This document shows positions 13,120 to 27,444 of a stretch of DNA of 44,874 nucleotides, piece after piece (the stretch's first letter is position 1; each line of letters begins with the position of its first letter). Made by a program: the position numbers and the translations under genes. The stretch is taken from contig JAQGDQ010001356.1 of the NCBI GenBank assembly GCA_030141605.1, positions 1 to 44,874 on the forward strand, given 5' to 3'. This DNA is from Tubiluchus corallicola. Taxonomy: Eukaryota; Animalia; Priapulida. A model generated the notes under the pieces. It made no database searches and was not told where the DNA came from. It was given only the letters and a program-made list of their open reading frames with translations.

Positions 13120-13745
13120 TTGAAAAAAAAACACAAAAAAATGCTACATTCATGTGAGATTGAAACAATAATTACAATAACACTTTACCCTCCTTTTTCA
13201 CGTCATGAATGACGCTAATCGTCTATTAGTATATTCCTACAAGGTCCTAAATCATGTCAGTCTAAACATAGACTAAGATGTTGAAAAAAAACACAAAAAA
13301 ACTGCTACATTCATATGAGATTGAAACAAAAATTACAATAACACTTTACCCTCCTTTTTGACGTCATGAATGACGCTAATCGTCTATTAGTATATTACTA
13401 CAAGATCCTAAATCATGTCAGTCTAAACATAGACTAAGATGTTGAAAAAAACACAAAAAAACTGCTACATTCATATGAGATTGAAACAAAAATTACAATA
13501 ACACTTTACCCTCCTTTTTGACGTCATGAATGACGCTAATCGTCTATTAGTATATTACTACAAGATCCTAAATCATGTCAGTCTAAACATAGACTAAGAT
13601 GTTGAAAAAAAACACAAAAAAACTGCTACATTCATATGAGATTGAAACAAAAATTACAATAACACTTTACCCTCCTTTTTGACGTCATGAATGACGCTAA
13701 TCGTCTATTAGTATATTACTACAAGGTTCTAAATCATGTCAGCTT
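13120..13745. repeat. ~160-bp tandem repeat x~4
   Basis: TGCTACATTCA recurs at 13142, 13303, 13463 and 13624. Confidence 0.95.
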
Positions 13746-14319
13746 AAACACAGGTTACTCAACCTAGTTTTTAGAAAAAATTTGATCAGCTAAAGCTAAG
13801 CGTCTGTTTTGCAATGCGCCGCCATTACCGCCCGTCAGCCTGATAGCTTTCAACGACTAATGAATCCCTTGGAATAATAAATCAAACCCTGCTTTTGACT
13901 AAACAGCGCTCCTTGCGGCTTTGATGATAACGAAATTGAGCTCCTTATGTCTTGCTAAACATTCTGCGAGTCACATTAGCATGTTTTTCTACCCACATGC
14001 CAAGATCCGATATCTGACGATTTAAAAATTGAAGTTTTGCTATGGAAAATTACTATTATTAATCATGAAACTTCAACATTGTTTTTAGAAGAAAATGATG
14101 AATTGTTTTCCCTTTTTAAATAACGTGCCAGTTAAAGGGCAATAAAACAGTTTTCATAAATAAAGAGAAAAAAATTCGTCTTGAAATTTTGTACCGGCTG
14201 TCTTATTGCGTACAGGGCTTGTGTTAGCAGCAACGCAATATAAAACTTGTAAATTTAAACTCCCGCGCTAGGCGCGTCTTAACAGCAAATCGCACGAAAC
14301 AACTTTAGATAACACACTG

Positions 14320-14814
14320 TCTTCTTCTTCTTCTTCCCAGCTTTTCCCTATGCGGGGTCGCCGTTGTGAATGAGTCTTCTCCACGCATTCCTGTTGTTGA
14401 CCATCTCTTCATTTATGTCTTCCCTTCCCACATGATCTTCACCGACTCTTCTTTTCAGGTGTCCATACCATCGCAATCTTGCGAGGCTTCCACTACTTGT
14501 ACTGTTCCTCTGATATTATTATTTCTAATTTTATCTCTTCTTGTTATTCCCACCATCCATCTCAACATCCTCATCTCCACCACACCCATTTTCTTCTCTT
14601 CGGTCTTCTTTAGAGGAGCTGCTTCCAGCCCATAGATTAGAGCGGGTCTGACCACTTCTTTGTGGACTTTACCTTTAAGTCTCACCGACTCATTCATAGA
14701 AGGTTTTGGCGCAGTTTTAAGAGGCTGATGCCCTTCCTGACCCTAACCCTCCTTATTTATCCAGGCTTGGGACCGGCACTTAGTTGGACTGGCTTGCCCC
14801 CCCCCAGTGGCTAG
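14320..14814 (-). mobile_element. Internally deleted non-autonomous RTE-clade LINE derivative (Expander/Rex3-like), copy 1
   Basis: RTE 5'UTR motif GTGCCGGTCCCAAGCCTGGATAAA...GGAAGGGCATC joined to RT C-terminal remnants LKGKVHKEVVRPALIYGLE...EMRMLRWMVGITRRDKIRN, RLRWYGHLKRR and WRRLIHNGDPA*. (GAA)n tail. 16-bp TSD TTTAGATAA(C/A)ACACTG at 14304-14319 and 14817-14832. Confidence 0.9.
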
Positions 14815-14949
14815 CTTTTAGATAAAACACTGAACACTGTAAAGCTTAAAAATATAATCACAGCATTTGTAGCGCATGCCTCGCCAACAAACAAAAATTT
14901 AAAATACATTTTTTGGTCAGTAAGATTAATAATACGTTTTTTGGTGAGA

Positions 14950-15333
14950 CAGTGGTGCACACTGGGATGGTGAGTCAGTGGTGCACACTGGGATGGTGAG
15001 TCAGTGGTGCACACTGGGATGGTGAGTCAGTGGTGCACACTGGGATGGTGAGAACAGTGGTGCACACGGGATGGTGAGTCAGTGGTCACACTGGGATGGT
15101 GAGTCAGTGGTGCACACTGGGATGGTGAGTCAGTGGTGCACACTGGGATGGTGAGACAGTGGTGCACACTGGGATGGTGAGTCAGTGGTGCACACTGGGA
15201 TGGTGAGTCAGTGGTGCACACTGGGATGGTGAGTCAGTGGTGCACACTGGGATGGTGAGTCAGTGGTGCACACTGGGATGGTGAGTCAGTGGTGCACACT
15301 GGGATGGTGAGTCAGTGGTGCACACTGGGATGG
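14950..15333 (+). repeat. 26-bp minisatellite, ~14-15 copies
   Basis: Unit CAGTGGTGCACACTGGGATGGTGAGT. Confidence 0.95.
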
Positions 15334-15505
15334 CGATGCAATTTGGCGCATCGATCTTAAATTATTAACAATTTTTCTATTATATTTTGTGATTATATTT
15401 TTAACACACCATGAATTTAAACACGTTACTGGTTACGCTAAGTAATTTAACTTTGTATGGAAAGTAGATTGGGACATTTAAAAATCTCTTTTCGCCCCCT
15501 TTACA

Positions 15506-15672
15506 ATCATCATCATCATCATCATCATCATCACATGCCCGTCACGTCTATTGTAGACATCGGGCAGGCAGAATTCTAAAATAAAAGAAATCTGCCTTCA
15601 GACAGGTAAACTCAGCAGTAATCCAGCAAAAAACCAGCTACTCCAGTGGCTTGTCAGCACCACTTCCGTTCT

Positions 15673-15704
<32 letters not shown>

Positions 15705-15846
15705 ACGCCCGTCACGTCTATTGTAGACATCGGGCAGGCAGAATTCTAAAATAAAAGAAATCTGCCTTCAGACAGGTAAATGCAGCAGTAATCCAGCAAA
15801 AAAAAACTAGACACTGCTACGTCAGTGGCCTGTCAGCACCACTTCC
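15506..15846 (-). mobile_element. Tandem dimer of the short (GAT)n-tailed retroposon-like element
   Basis: Two ~165-bp units (15506-15667, 15674-15846). On the minus strand each starts GGAAGTGGTGCTGACA(A/G)GCCACTG and ends in the hairpin GCCCG..GTCTA-CAA-TAGAC..CGGGC plus (GAT)n. Confidence 0.7.
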
Positions 15847-15959
15847 GTAACGATCATTATTATCATTATTTACAAACGATCTGCAAAAGCCGCAATCTTG
15901 ATCGGACAGCAGACGAAGCAATCAACGCCGCTTTTACTATCTTACGTCGCAATCGTTTA

Positions 15960-16030
15960 CGCGGACGAGTTGCACCAATCAGAGACGGTCACGTGACTGC
16001 AAGCGATAGTATCGTTCAACTCGACGTCTG
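15960..16030 (+). promoter_or_regulatory. Putative proximal promoter of the BMP-like gene (CCAAT box plus E-box)
   Basis: CpG-rich stretch with CCAATCAG (~15976) followed by GGTCACGTGAC (USF/MiT-type E-box, ~15988), about 250 bp upstream of the ATG. Confidence 0.45.
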
Positions 16031-16243
16031 CTCTTGTGAGTTGACAGCATTTCATCGGAAACTGTGAGTAAGAGATACACGTGTGATTGCTAAAGGAGAG
16101 ATAATAATTTGAGAAAAAAAAACCGACGTTACAGTGAGAAAAAAGACTTTATTTTGACGGTAACGGTAAAAACGAAAGGCAAAGACGTTGTAAGTGAACG
16201 TGAAAAGATTTTAGAAAATTAGATTTTGTGGTTAAAACACAAA

Positions 16244-16607
16244 ATGTTGTGCAAATTTATTCTATTCTCATTTGCGTTTGTTGGTGTTACGCTTGTGAAA
16301 GCTAAAGTGAAATCCGGTAAGGGGAAGCCACATTATGACCCAGCCCTTCTCTTGCACGAAGAGGAGCCCCTCTCAAAGGGGACCACCGTCCTCCCGTCGG
16401 TGGAGTTGTTGCGAGAGTCGCTCAGGGTGGCTTTGAAGTTGCCCGAACCGGACGAGGAAAGAAAGGAAGGGCAAACGGAAAGAGGAGGCAGAAACGGGGC
16501 CGAGAAACCGCCAAAGTATATGCTGGATTTGTACGAGAAGTACAGGATGAGGAAGAGTGATGAGGAGGATTGGGGCAACACTGTGCGCAGCATCCTTGCG
16601 CAAACAG
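16244..16607 (+). CDS. First coding exon of a TGF-beta superfamily (BMP-type, most like BMP3/GDF10) ligand precursor: signal peptide plus N-terminal prodomain
   Basis: ATG in caaaATG context. Hydrophobic signal peptide MLCKFILFSFAFVGVTLVKA. Prodomain motifs LRVALKL...PPKYMLDLYEKY...GNTVRS resemble GDF10 LYEKY...GNTVRSF and BMP2/4 PxYMLDLY...NTVRSF. The exon is GC-richer than its flanks and ends at a CAG|GTACAG donor in phase 1 just after the NTVRS motif, where BMP genes typically have their first coding intron. Subfamily assignment is tentative. Confidence 0.88.
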
Positions 16608-16837
16608 GTACAGAAACTGTTTAATGTAATTATTATATTTAAAGGAAAAGTCAAGTTATTTAGCATGTCAGGTTTGTTTTAGTATTATCAATTCAATTCC
16701 GATTCAATTTATTGCGCAAATATGCAATAAATATTACATACATTGGCAAGTACAAAAAGAAAATTATATACAGGTAGTACTACAAACTACTATTATCATA
16801 TAAAAAATTGACATACTGCTACTTTGTTATAGTAGCT

Positions 16838-17339
<502 letters not shown>

Positions 17340-18362
17340 TCACTAATAACTTAACTAATTGACTATTAATAAACAATAGTTTAAGAATATGAAATAATCT
17401 AAGTTAGCTGATGAGGCGAATATAACAAAATAAATAAATAAATAAATAATAAAAAAGTGCAAGAATAAACCATGTATGATTGTTTGACAATAATACTTTG
17501 GCAGTTGGGATGTAAACGTAATTAAAGAAAGGATTTATGTTTTAAAGAACACATCTGTAACACACAAAAGTTATAACAGATGACAGTAATATAAGCATGA
17601 AGTTTAAAAGTTTAGTTTTCTATAAAATAGACTAAAAAGTATATAAAAATGAGAAAAAATTGATTTTTCGACATAGCAGCGTTACAGATTCTAATATTCC
17701 CGAATGTTTGTTTTATTGAGTACGATTTAGTTAAAATTGAATAAGATTTTATTTATAAGATATGAAATATTCGGGGAGGGGGGGGGTCGTAGATGTGATT
17801 ATAATCCAAATAATCAATAATATCTAACATTCAGCTCAGATCAGGTCATCCATCCAGCGGCATTCTCTTCAAAATGTTGCAGAACTACGTAAGATCAAGT
17901 AAACGTTTTTTACTAATTGACTGCACCTTGTAAATGTTTTGTGAATTAATTTGAATTTTTTTGAATTTTGGACTTTCCAATTACAGAACCTTTTGTATAA
18001 ACTCATAGACTGATGTACATTGATAATAGTTTCCGGTACTGTTTCTGTACTACGTGGGCCTTGTACGTACATATATATATGTATATATTCAGGGAATTCA
18101 TTAGTTACTACTTAAAACTGAAGTATTTATATATATATTATTTGTATTTATATAATATATATTATATATATATATATATATATATGTATTTCACTTTTAA
18201 GTAGTAACTAAAGAATTACTTGTATTTTTGAACTAACCAATAATTGTATGTATCTGTTCTCAACTAAAATGTATTTGTTGCACATAGTGGAAAAATTCCA
18301 GTCAGTAATATTGCTGTTTGGTAATCCACTTGAAATAAATAAAGTTTTTGTGTAAACGTGGA

Positions 18363-18548
<186 letters not shown>

Positions 18549-18793
18549 ATTTGCCCAAAATATCGAATGCGATCCGTAACGTTTTCATATAATTTTTTTA
18601 TGTTTGCGTGGATTATATACCAATAATTTATGCACATTTCAAAATTTCGTGTGACTTATACGAGAAGAATTTGATAAAAACATCAGAGGAGACCATATTA
18701 ATTTTTTTGTAATTTCTCATATTAAACAGTCTCATATAAACTGTCAAAACTATTTTAGATATTTATAAGCCATGATATATATATATAATTATT

Positions 18794-21700
18794 TACACAA
18801 ATAACAATTAACGATATAACAAACTACGCCAATGACGTCTAATTACAGAAGTAAAGTTTGCATCACTGTTTAAAATGTTCTTGCATATAAAATTTTCACT
18901 GTTATTCAGGCCGACATTTAAACTGTATGCACATTTTCTGTGAATCACATCAAAATAAATCATATTAAGTCTATTAGAAATATATCTGGCGCTCGTATCA
19001 TATGAAAAGTTAAATAACTTCCGTGTTGATACATTATATGCAACCTTGAGTTTGCTAAGATTGCTAATGAATTATTTGTGTTTCTGAACTAACTCTCTGT
19101 GTAATTACGTGTAAATTTACATATCTGTTCTGAACTAAAATATATATGTTACACAGTGGAAATACTTTTATCAGTGAAATTACTGTATGTTAATCCACTT
19201 GAAATAAATAAATTTTATTAATATATAAATTTAATATCTAATAAACCTGGCGAGACATTTGATTATATTTGTTATTTGTTGTAAAGGCCCCTCCAAGAGA
19301 AATTCCACTTCATCTTGCAGCGAACCATTTCAATCGTTTCGTATTACCTGCTTAGGATTAACTCTTTACTCACGTGTATTTAACGGATTATTCGCAAACC
19401 CCCAGTAATCTGCAGAGTTAATGATTGATGCTAGTTTAGTTGAAATGATGGCGCCGTGCGGTTTACCTGCAAGTGTGTGTACAGGTAATAATACACCTGT
19501 GTGCAGGTAGGCCCACGTTTCTAGATGGTTTTAAATGATTAAAATGGTTTTGACAGTTCATGTGGGGTTGTTTAATACGCGAAATTATACAAAGAAGTTA
19601 ATACGATCTCTTCTGATGTTTTTGTCAAATTCTTTTGGTATAAACGTCATATGTAATTTAGAAATGTGCTTATATGGTTTGTGTATAATCAAGACAAACA
19701 CATGAAAATTTTACATGGAGTACTTATAACTTACAATAACGTTTGAATAACTTACAAAGGAAGTTACTGATCTTTGATATTTTGGGCAAATTGTTTATGT
19801 ATAAACATCATATGAAATTTGTAAATATGGTTAAATGGTTGATTTATAATCCCAGCAAACATAAAAATTTATGTGAAGAAAGTTACTGAATTTCTGTCAA
19901 ATACGTTTCGTATTTAGAAAACGTCACATGAAATTTAGAAATGTGCTTAAATGGTTTATGTATAATCTGTACTAAGACATGAAAATTTCACATGAAGAAA
20001 GTTACCAAGTTCTTGTAAAATTTTCTTTGTATAAACGTCATATGAAATTTAGAAATGTGGTTAAATGGTATGTGTATAATCTGTGCGAAGACATGAAAAT
20101 TTCATATGAAGAAAGTCACCAAGTTTCTGTAAAATTTTCTTGGTATAAACGTCACATGAAATTTATAAATGTGCTTAAATGGTTTGTGTATAATCTGTAC
20201 TAAGACATGAAAATTTCATATGAAGAAAGTTACCAAGTTTTTGTCAAATTCTCTTGGTATAAACGTCACATGAAATTTAGAAATGTGCTTAAATGGTTTG
20301 TGTATAATCTGTACTAAGACATGAAAATTTCATATGAAGAAAGTTACCAAGTTTTTGTCAAATTCTCTTGGTATAAACGTCACATGAAATTTAGAAATGT
20401 GCTTAAATGGTTTATGTATAATTAAGACAAACACATAAAAATTTACAAGAAGAAGTTACCGATCTTTGATATTTTGGGCAAGTTCTTTTTGTGTAAACTT
20501 CACGTAAAATTGTTGTATAAACTGCGCAAATACATGTATTTATCTTTGTTTATGTGTATTTGTGCGTCTGTTTGTGTTTGTATATATTTATATTACTTTA
20601 TTTATCTGCACTTATACTTGTACATATGTTTGGATAGTGAGGATTGATGTGTCGGTTTTAAAAACTGCTATGAGTTTTTCGAAAGTGTAAAATATGATAG
20701 AGCTGGAACGGCATTATTAGAGGAACTTCTCCACTCCCGCCCCTGTTTGTAACAAAATTATAATCTTTTATTATCACACACAAATGTACTCGAAAAATTC
20801 AAAACTGGTCATCCATCTTGCTTTATTATCCAGAGTTTAACAAACAGCAGTTCATTAAATCAACCTTTTGCTTTGCAATGCAACAGAATTTACATTAGAT
20901 GATTAACCATCCAATTTACTTTGTAAATGTATTTCTATCATTCCTGTTTTTATTAAAATATTGTATTTGTGCTGTTTGTGTATGTAAGTTTAATTACCAT
21001 CTGCTGATTATAATTGAATCAAATGTTTCATCGAGTTGATTATGACATTAATTATGACTAGCAAAGGCCCCGCAAAAAATTTTGCATATAAATACAATTA
21101 TAATAAAAAATGCGCGAACTTGCTACACAGTCCTCACTTATAACGCAAAGCCAGCAGCAGCTTTTACTGAATTAAAGTTATAGGCAGAGTATAATGGATG
21201 AGAACAATGGCTTTGCGTCAGCAGTTTTCCAAACGAAAATTGCCAAAAATAGAACATCTAATTAACTCGTCGGTACTCGTGTTGCTGGACGTGTCCTAAA
21301 ATATAGCCGACATCATCGTGTAGCCCTGTTCTTCCTCTTTCTAAAGAGCCGTATATCTCCTTCCGAGAGTCCCACCAGGCGCCGCTATAACGTTATAAAG
21401 TTATAGACAGAGTATAATGGATGACGTCACAACAATGGCTTTGCGTCAGCAGCTTTCCAAACGACACTAGATCGAGACCTTTCGTTTGATGTGTAGATCG
21501 CCGCAAATGGTGCCGTCGACGAAGCTGTAGCCTCGAATCTTATGAATTAATATATACGATGCCAATTATTCTTTTGCTAACACTTTACACTCAGCACATG
21601 CAGCGTGGAGATACCTGTAATCAGACCCAGTCTGTTTTTTAAATCCACTATAAATTAATTTTCATTAATCATTTTCATATGATACGAGCGCAAGATATAT

Positions 21701-21885
21701 TTCTACTAGACTTAATATTATTTATTTTGATGTGATTCACAGAAAATGTGCATACAGTTTATACGTCAGGCTGAATAAGAGTGAAAATTTTATATGCAGG
21801 AACATTTTAAACAGTGATGTAAACTTTACTTCTGTAATTAGACGTCATTGGCATAGTTTGGTATATCGTTATTTGTTATTTGTGT
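18794..21885. repeat. ~215-bp inverted repeat pair (18794-19008 and 21672-21885)
   Basis: For example, GCCAATGACGTCTAATTACAGAAGTAAAGTTT versus AAACTTTACTTCTGTAATTAGACGTCATTGGC. The arms are colinear throughout, with scattered substitutions. Confidence 0.9.
19610..20510. repeat. 114-bp tandem repeat with a homogeneous core and degenerate edges
   Basis: ACGTCA(C/T)ATGAAATTT recurs at 19921, 20035, 20149, 20263 and 20377. An inverted degenerate copy lies at ~18550-18690. Confidence 0.92.
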
Positions 21886-22386
21886 TATTGTTGTGTTTCA
21901 TGATTTATTGTATTATTTGTATTAATTTTTGATGTGTTTATGAACTTTGTGAAGTTTGAAATAAAATATTAAATCTAAAATCTAATTAAGTTTAAACTAA
22001 CTAAAAATTCTTTAATCTAAACCAAATAAACTGTGTTTAAACTAAGTACGTTAACCGAGAGCTTGATTTGATTTAACTCTTTATTGCAAACTCTAGGTTC
22101 ATATACGCAAAAATACATTCAGGACAAAAATACATACAAAAGTTATAAATATTTACAATTATAATGACTTAGTTAGTAGCAGACATAGTAAATAAATGAA
22201 TAAATTATAGAAATCACATCAGCAAGGCTTTACCGAAAACAATAAACAAGTTCTATCCATTTCTTTCTAATGGAGGAAGTAAAAAAAGCCTCACATTGAC
22301 TTAAATGCTTACAAATATCATTCTCACTAATAGCAACTCTATTACAAAGATATTACAAAGATATTACAAAGATAATTCCTCAGATT

Positions 22387-22770
22387 GTATAAATTATAGT
22401 GGCGCCATCTATAGCCATACAGGGAAAACTACTGCAGTAACTTGTAGACAGAATTTGACATTTTTTTTCTAATTATAAAATCTGAGACGTATAAATTATA
22501 GTGGCGCCATCTATAGGGAAAACTACTGCAGTAACTTGTAGGCAGAATTTGACATTTTTTTCTAATTATAAAATCAGAGACGTATAAATTATAGTGGCGC
22601 CATCTACAGGGAAAACTACTGCAGTAACTTGTAGACAGAATTTGACATTTTTTTTCTAATTATAAAATCTGAGACGTATAAATTATAGTGGCGCCATCTA
22701 CAGGGAAAACTACAGCAGTAACTTGTAGACAGAATTTGACATTTTTTTTCTAATTATAAAATCTGAGACG
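22387..22770. repeat. ~94-bp tandem repeat x4
   Basis: GTATAAATTATAGTGGCGCCATCTA... recurs at 22387, 22489, 22582 and 22677. Confidence 0.93.
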
Positions 22771-23115
22771 TTCAATAATTGCTGCTAACAGGAATGGTTT
22801 TCTACCGCCGGGGGGTGAAAGACAGCCAAGATGTGTTCCAAATTTTAGCGCGGACTAAGAGGGATTAGCGCGTCCCCGCAGAGATGCTTATCTTGGTTTT
22901 CTAATCTCAAACAAGTGGCTTGAGTCGAAATTAATCTGCCTGTGTGCAGGAAAGTTTGGCCACTCAATCAGTCTTGTTTCGTGGTCGAATGATACAGCTG
23001 AAAATGGACGGTGATTTAAATGAACAACTCGTGGTCAAGTAAAGGTCAAGCAGTGTTAAAAAAGTAATGAAAGCATGTGTTATAATAACATTGCAACCGT
23101 ATGAGCCACGAAAAC

Positions 23116-23902
<787 letters not shown>

Positions 23903-24105
23903 GATCGTTCTCCTGCTTCGGACATGCATCACTATATCGTTAAAGGGGAAGAAAGGAGAATTCAAAAGTTTATCCCAAAAAAACTTGCCACACAGACTAA
24001 TATTTCTTAGCATTACATTTCCCTGTTTGTTAGACTTACGTAACTGAAAATTAAATCCTTAACAGTTTATTTTTTCGCGCCTGTATCAACGGTCACTGTA
24101 TTAAC

Positions 24106-24370
24106 ATCCCAGTGTGCACCACTGTTCCACCAAATAACATATTATTGATTTTATTAACAGTGTAAATCAATTTTAGAGTATGCTACGAATGCTATGTTTA
24201 TCCTCTCAAAATTTACACAATGTTATCTAAACTTGTTCCAGACAACTTACTGTTAAGATGTTGTGCTCAAGTATGATCGCGGAAGATTAAATTTACAAGC
24301 TTTACTCAGCGTTACTGCTAATGCAAGTCCTGAATGCAATAAGACAGCAACTAAGTGGCACAAAAGTTTG
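24106..24370 (+). mobile_element. Dispersed ~300-bp element copy B (single terminal unit)
   Basis: CATCCCAGTGTGCACCACTG followed by GCTACGAATGCTATG, TGTTATCTAAA and AGCGTTACTGCTAATGCAAG blocks. Confidence 0.6.
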
Positions 24371-25603
24371 TGAATGGTGTTTTCTTTCCTTTAAAAAGCT
24401 AGGGTTCAGACAGTGTAATGAATGTGCAGTAATTTATTAGAGCAGTTCACGCAGTTTTTTCCAGTGACGTCAACCGTCAGTAGTCACGTGACAACGAAAT
24501 CGAGTGTTTGTTTTTTTTCGTTGAGTTACAAAATAATTATGCTTAGTTCGTAAAACTTCACAGACTCCGCAAGAAGAATTCAGAAATTACTGAAGTATCA
24601 TAAACATGTCGCTAGATTTGATCTAAAAACTGTTTTGCGATAGAAAATTGGTTCTACCTAAGCTGAGAACGAGTTTAAAAAACACTAAAAAAGTATGCTC
24701 TACCAATAAAGGAAGACGGGACGATTTTTCATAAACTACCCCATTTTCAAGTCTGATAGTTTTAACACAATTAATACTGCAAAAGCGTTTCTGATAATTA
24801 AATAATAGATTAAAAACTTAATTAACGGCGGTGGGCTTAACTATTGATGACGTCGCAAACTAATATAATTTTTAACAGCAAAAATTGCCAACGAGCGTGT
24901 TGCGCAAAAATTGAAGTACAGTGCAACTGTAAGATATTCAGTGTGTTGTACTAAAACTAGGCGAGTTTTAAAGCAAAAATTCAAATTTCAAATTTACCGC
25001 TGTGCTCACGCATGAGCTGTCGAATGTGTAGTTCGTCACAAACTAACACATCTGAACTGCGAGGTACGGCACCTGTTTTTGTGCAATGCGTTCCCGAAAT
25101 GCAGGCACTAGTCTAATTAGCGAATAGTGAAATGCATGTAACAGTGAAGAACTAGTGGTGCAAACGTGAAATTGTGTTTGTGTAGTAATAATTCTTTCAC
25201 GTAAATCATTTTTGAAAAAATAGTATGTTCACTTTCGGTATTTTAACGAATAGATTATTTTGACTTACAGTTTAAGACCTGATCAAGTTTTGCTTTAAGG
25301 TGCCCTGATAAATGAAGCCTTTTGTTAGACTGGTGATTCCAGCATCAAGAAATGTGTAGTTGATGTGTGATCGTGTAAAAATGCTTTACGTCACCGGATC
25401 CCCTTGCACTGATGCGTGTGAACGCTGAATGGAAATTTTTCAAATTATTACAAACTATTGAAATAAACTAATCATTAAATTAATTAATAAAATTAGAATT
25501 TAAATTGCTGGTCTCAATAACTAATCAATAGACATTTAAATTGATCGATTATTTAGTTTCATTTTACTGTTGCGTCGATATAACGTGCTGTGTTTGACTG
25601 TCA

Positions 25604-26081
25604 CTTCTTCCCAGCTTTTCCCTATGCGGGGTCGCCGTTGTGAATGAGTCTTCTCCACGCACTCCTGTTGTTGACCATCTCTTCATTTATGTCTTCCCTT
25701 CCCACATGATCTTCACCGACTCTTCTTTTCAGGTGTCCATACCATGGCGATCTTGCGAGGGTTCCACTATTTTTACTGTTCCTCTGATATTATTATTATT
25801 TCTAATTTTATCTCTTCTTGTTATTCCCACCATCCATCTCAACAGCCTCATCTCCACCACACCCATTTTCTTCTCTTCGGTCTTCTTTAGGGAAGCTGCT
25901 TCCAGCCCATACATTAGAGCGGGTCTGACCTGTGTCTTGTGGACTTTACCTTTAAGTCTCACCGACTCATTCATAGAAGGTTTTGGCGCAGTTTTTACAG
26001 GCGGATGCCCTTCCTGACCCTAACCCTCCCTATTTATCCGGGCTTGGGACCTGCACTGAGTTGGGCTGTCCCAGTGGCTAG
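25604..26081 (-). mobile_element. Internally deleted non-autonomous RTE-clade LINE derivative, copy 2
   Basis: Highly similar to 14320-14814, with the same 5' end (CTAGCCACTGGG) and the same internal junctions. Probable TSD GTGTTTGA(C/T)TGT at 25590-25601 and 26086-26097. Confidence 0.9.
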
Positions 26082-26692
26082 GTTCGTGTTTGATTGTGTA
26101 CTAGTAGGGTGAAATTACAGATATACTGTGTAGTTTTGAGTTAATAGATTATATTGTAGAGCCTGCGATCTGTAAGCGGGAGGTTCTGGGTTCAAATCGT
26201 AGTTGGCTCACAATTTTCCAACAATTTTTTTTCAATTAATATAAGACGTTGGTCTTGTTAATTTTAATTATCTCAATTCAAAAATTTATCGTTACGTACA
26301 GGAATAGCAAATTACGACTGAAAATGTTTCATGTTGCGGTTTATCGGATTATCCGGTTATCAGCATCTCTACTTTAGCGGATCTATTTGCACAAGAAATT
26401 GCTTATGCAATTTCTTATCCTTTTCTGAGTGCTTTTTATTGTAATTTTATTGTTTTACGTGTAGGATGTATTTGTACAAAAATTTGTGCAAATTTTATGC
26501 TATGTAATAGTTATGCTATGTAATAGTTTTAACTCATGAAAAAAATAAATTGTTAATTAAAAACAACACAACTTTATTAAAAGCGTTTACATTAAATGTT
26601 TTAAACTACAAATGTTTTACCTGCCTGTAATCAAATAAATCCTTGCTTCTTACTTTATTACTTCCGTATTTCAGTGTTGCCCAGCACGTGAA

Positions 26693-27172
<480 letters not shown>

Positions 27173-27428
27173 CAAAAATCATTAAACTCTAATTTCTCGG
27201 CGTGCGAGTGGAAAGGCTATGTATCAATTATACATCTGTTTCCAACTAGGAAAGGTACATAATCCTACCGTGTTTGGCTTCCTCGCCCCACCTGTATGGA
27301 CAAATCGAGCTGCTGTTTATCGACGAAGCCAAAAATCTGTCCGGAATTCGTGTCGAATGAATGCGGTTGTTGTTATTCGCTTTTTGCTCCGTGCTAGCAG
27401 GCTGCAAACATCTGTGATCGGTTTTTCT

Positions 27429-27444
27429 GGCGCCGCGAGGTCTG
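27429..27444 (+). promoter_or_regulatory. Smad1/5-Smad4 (Mad/Medea) composite BMP-response/silencer element
   Basis: GGCGCC-GCGAG-GTCTG exactly matches GRCGNC(N5)GTCTG and sits in a non-repetitive GC-richer intronic island. Confidence 0.55.

Larger units (their letters stand above)
14175..15333 (-). mobile_element. Dispersed ~300-bp element copy A, interrupted by an RTE insertion and ending in a 26-bp array
   Basis: Shares GTCTTATTGC.TACAGGGCTTG.GTTAGCAG...TTTAGATAAC...GCATT.GTAGC...CAGTGGTGCACACTGGG blocks with 24106-24370, 29012-29595, 38380-38660 and 42426-43385. Confidence 0.65.

Noticed and set aside
17405-17430. Hammerhead ribozyme core (CTGATGAG)
   Set aside because: There is no stem II followed by GAAA and no flanking helices.
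24437-25428. ~1-kb MITE with GCAGTTCACGCA / TGCGTGTGAACGC ends
   Set aside because: The inverted termini are too degenerate and there is no clear TSD.
26155-26220. Extra tRNA genes from B-box-like GGTTCAAAT motifs (also ~2520 and ~8958)
   Set aside because: No cloverleaf forms; at most these are decayed tRNA-SINE heads and too degenerate to call.
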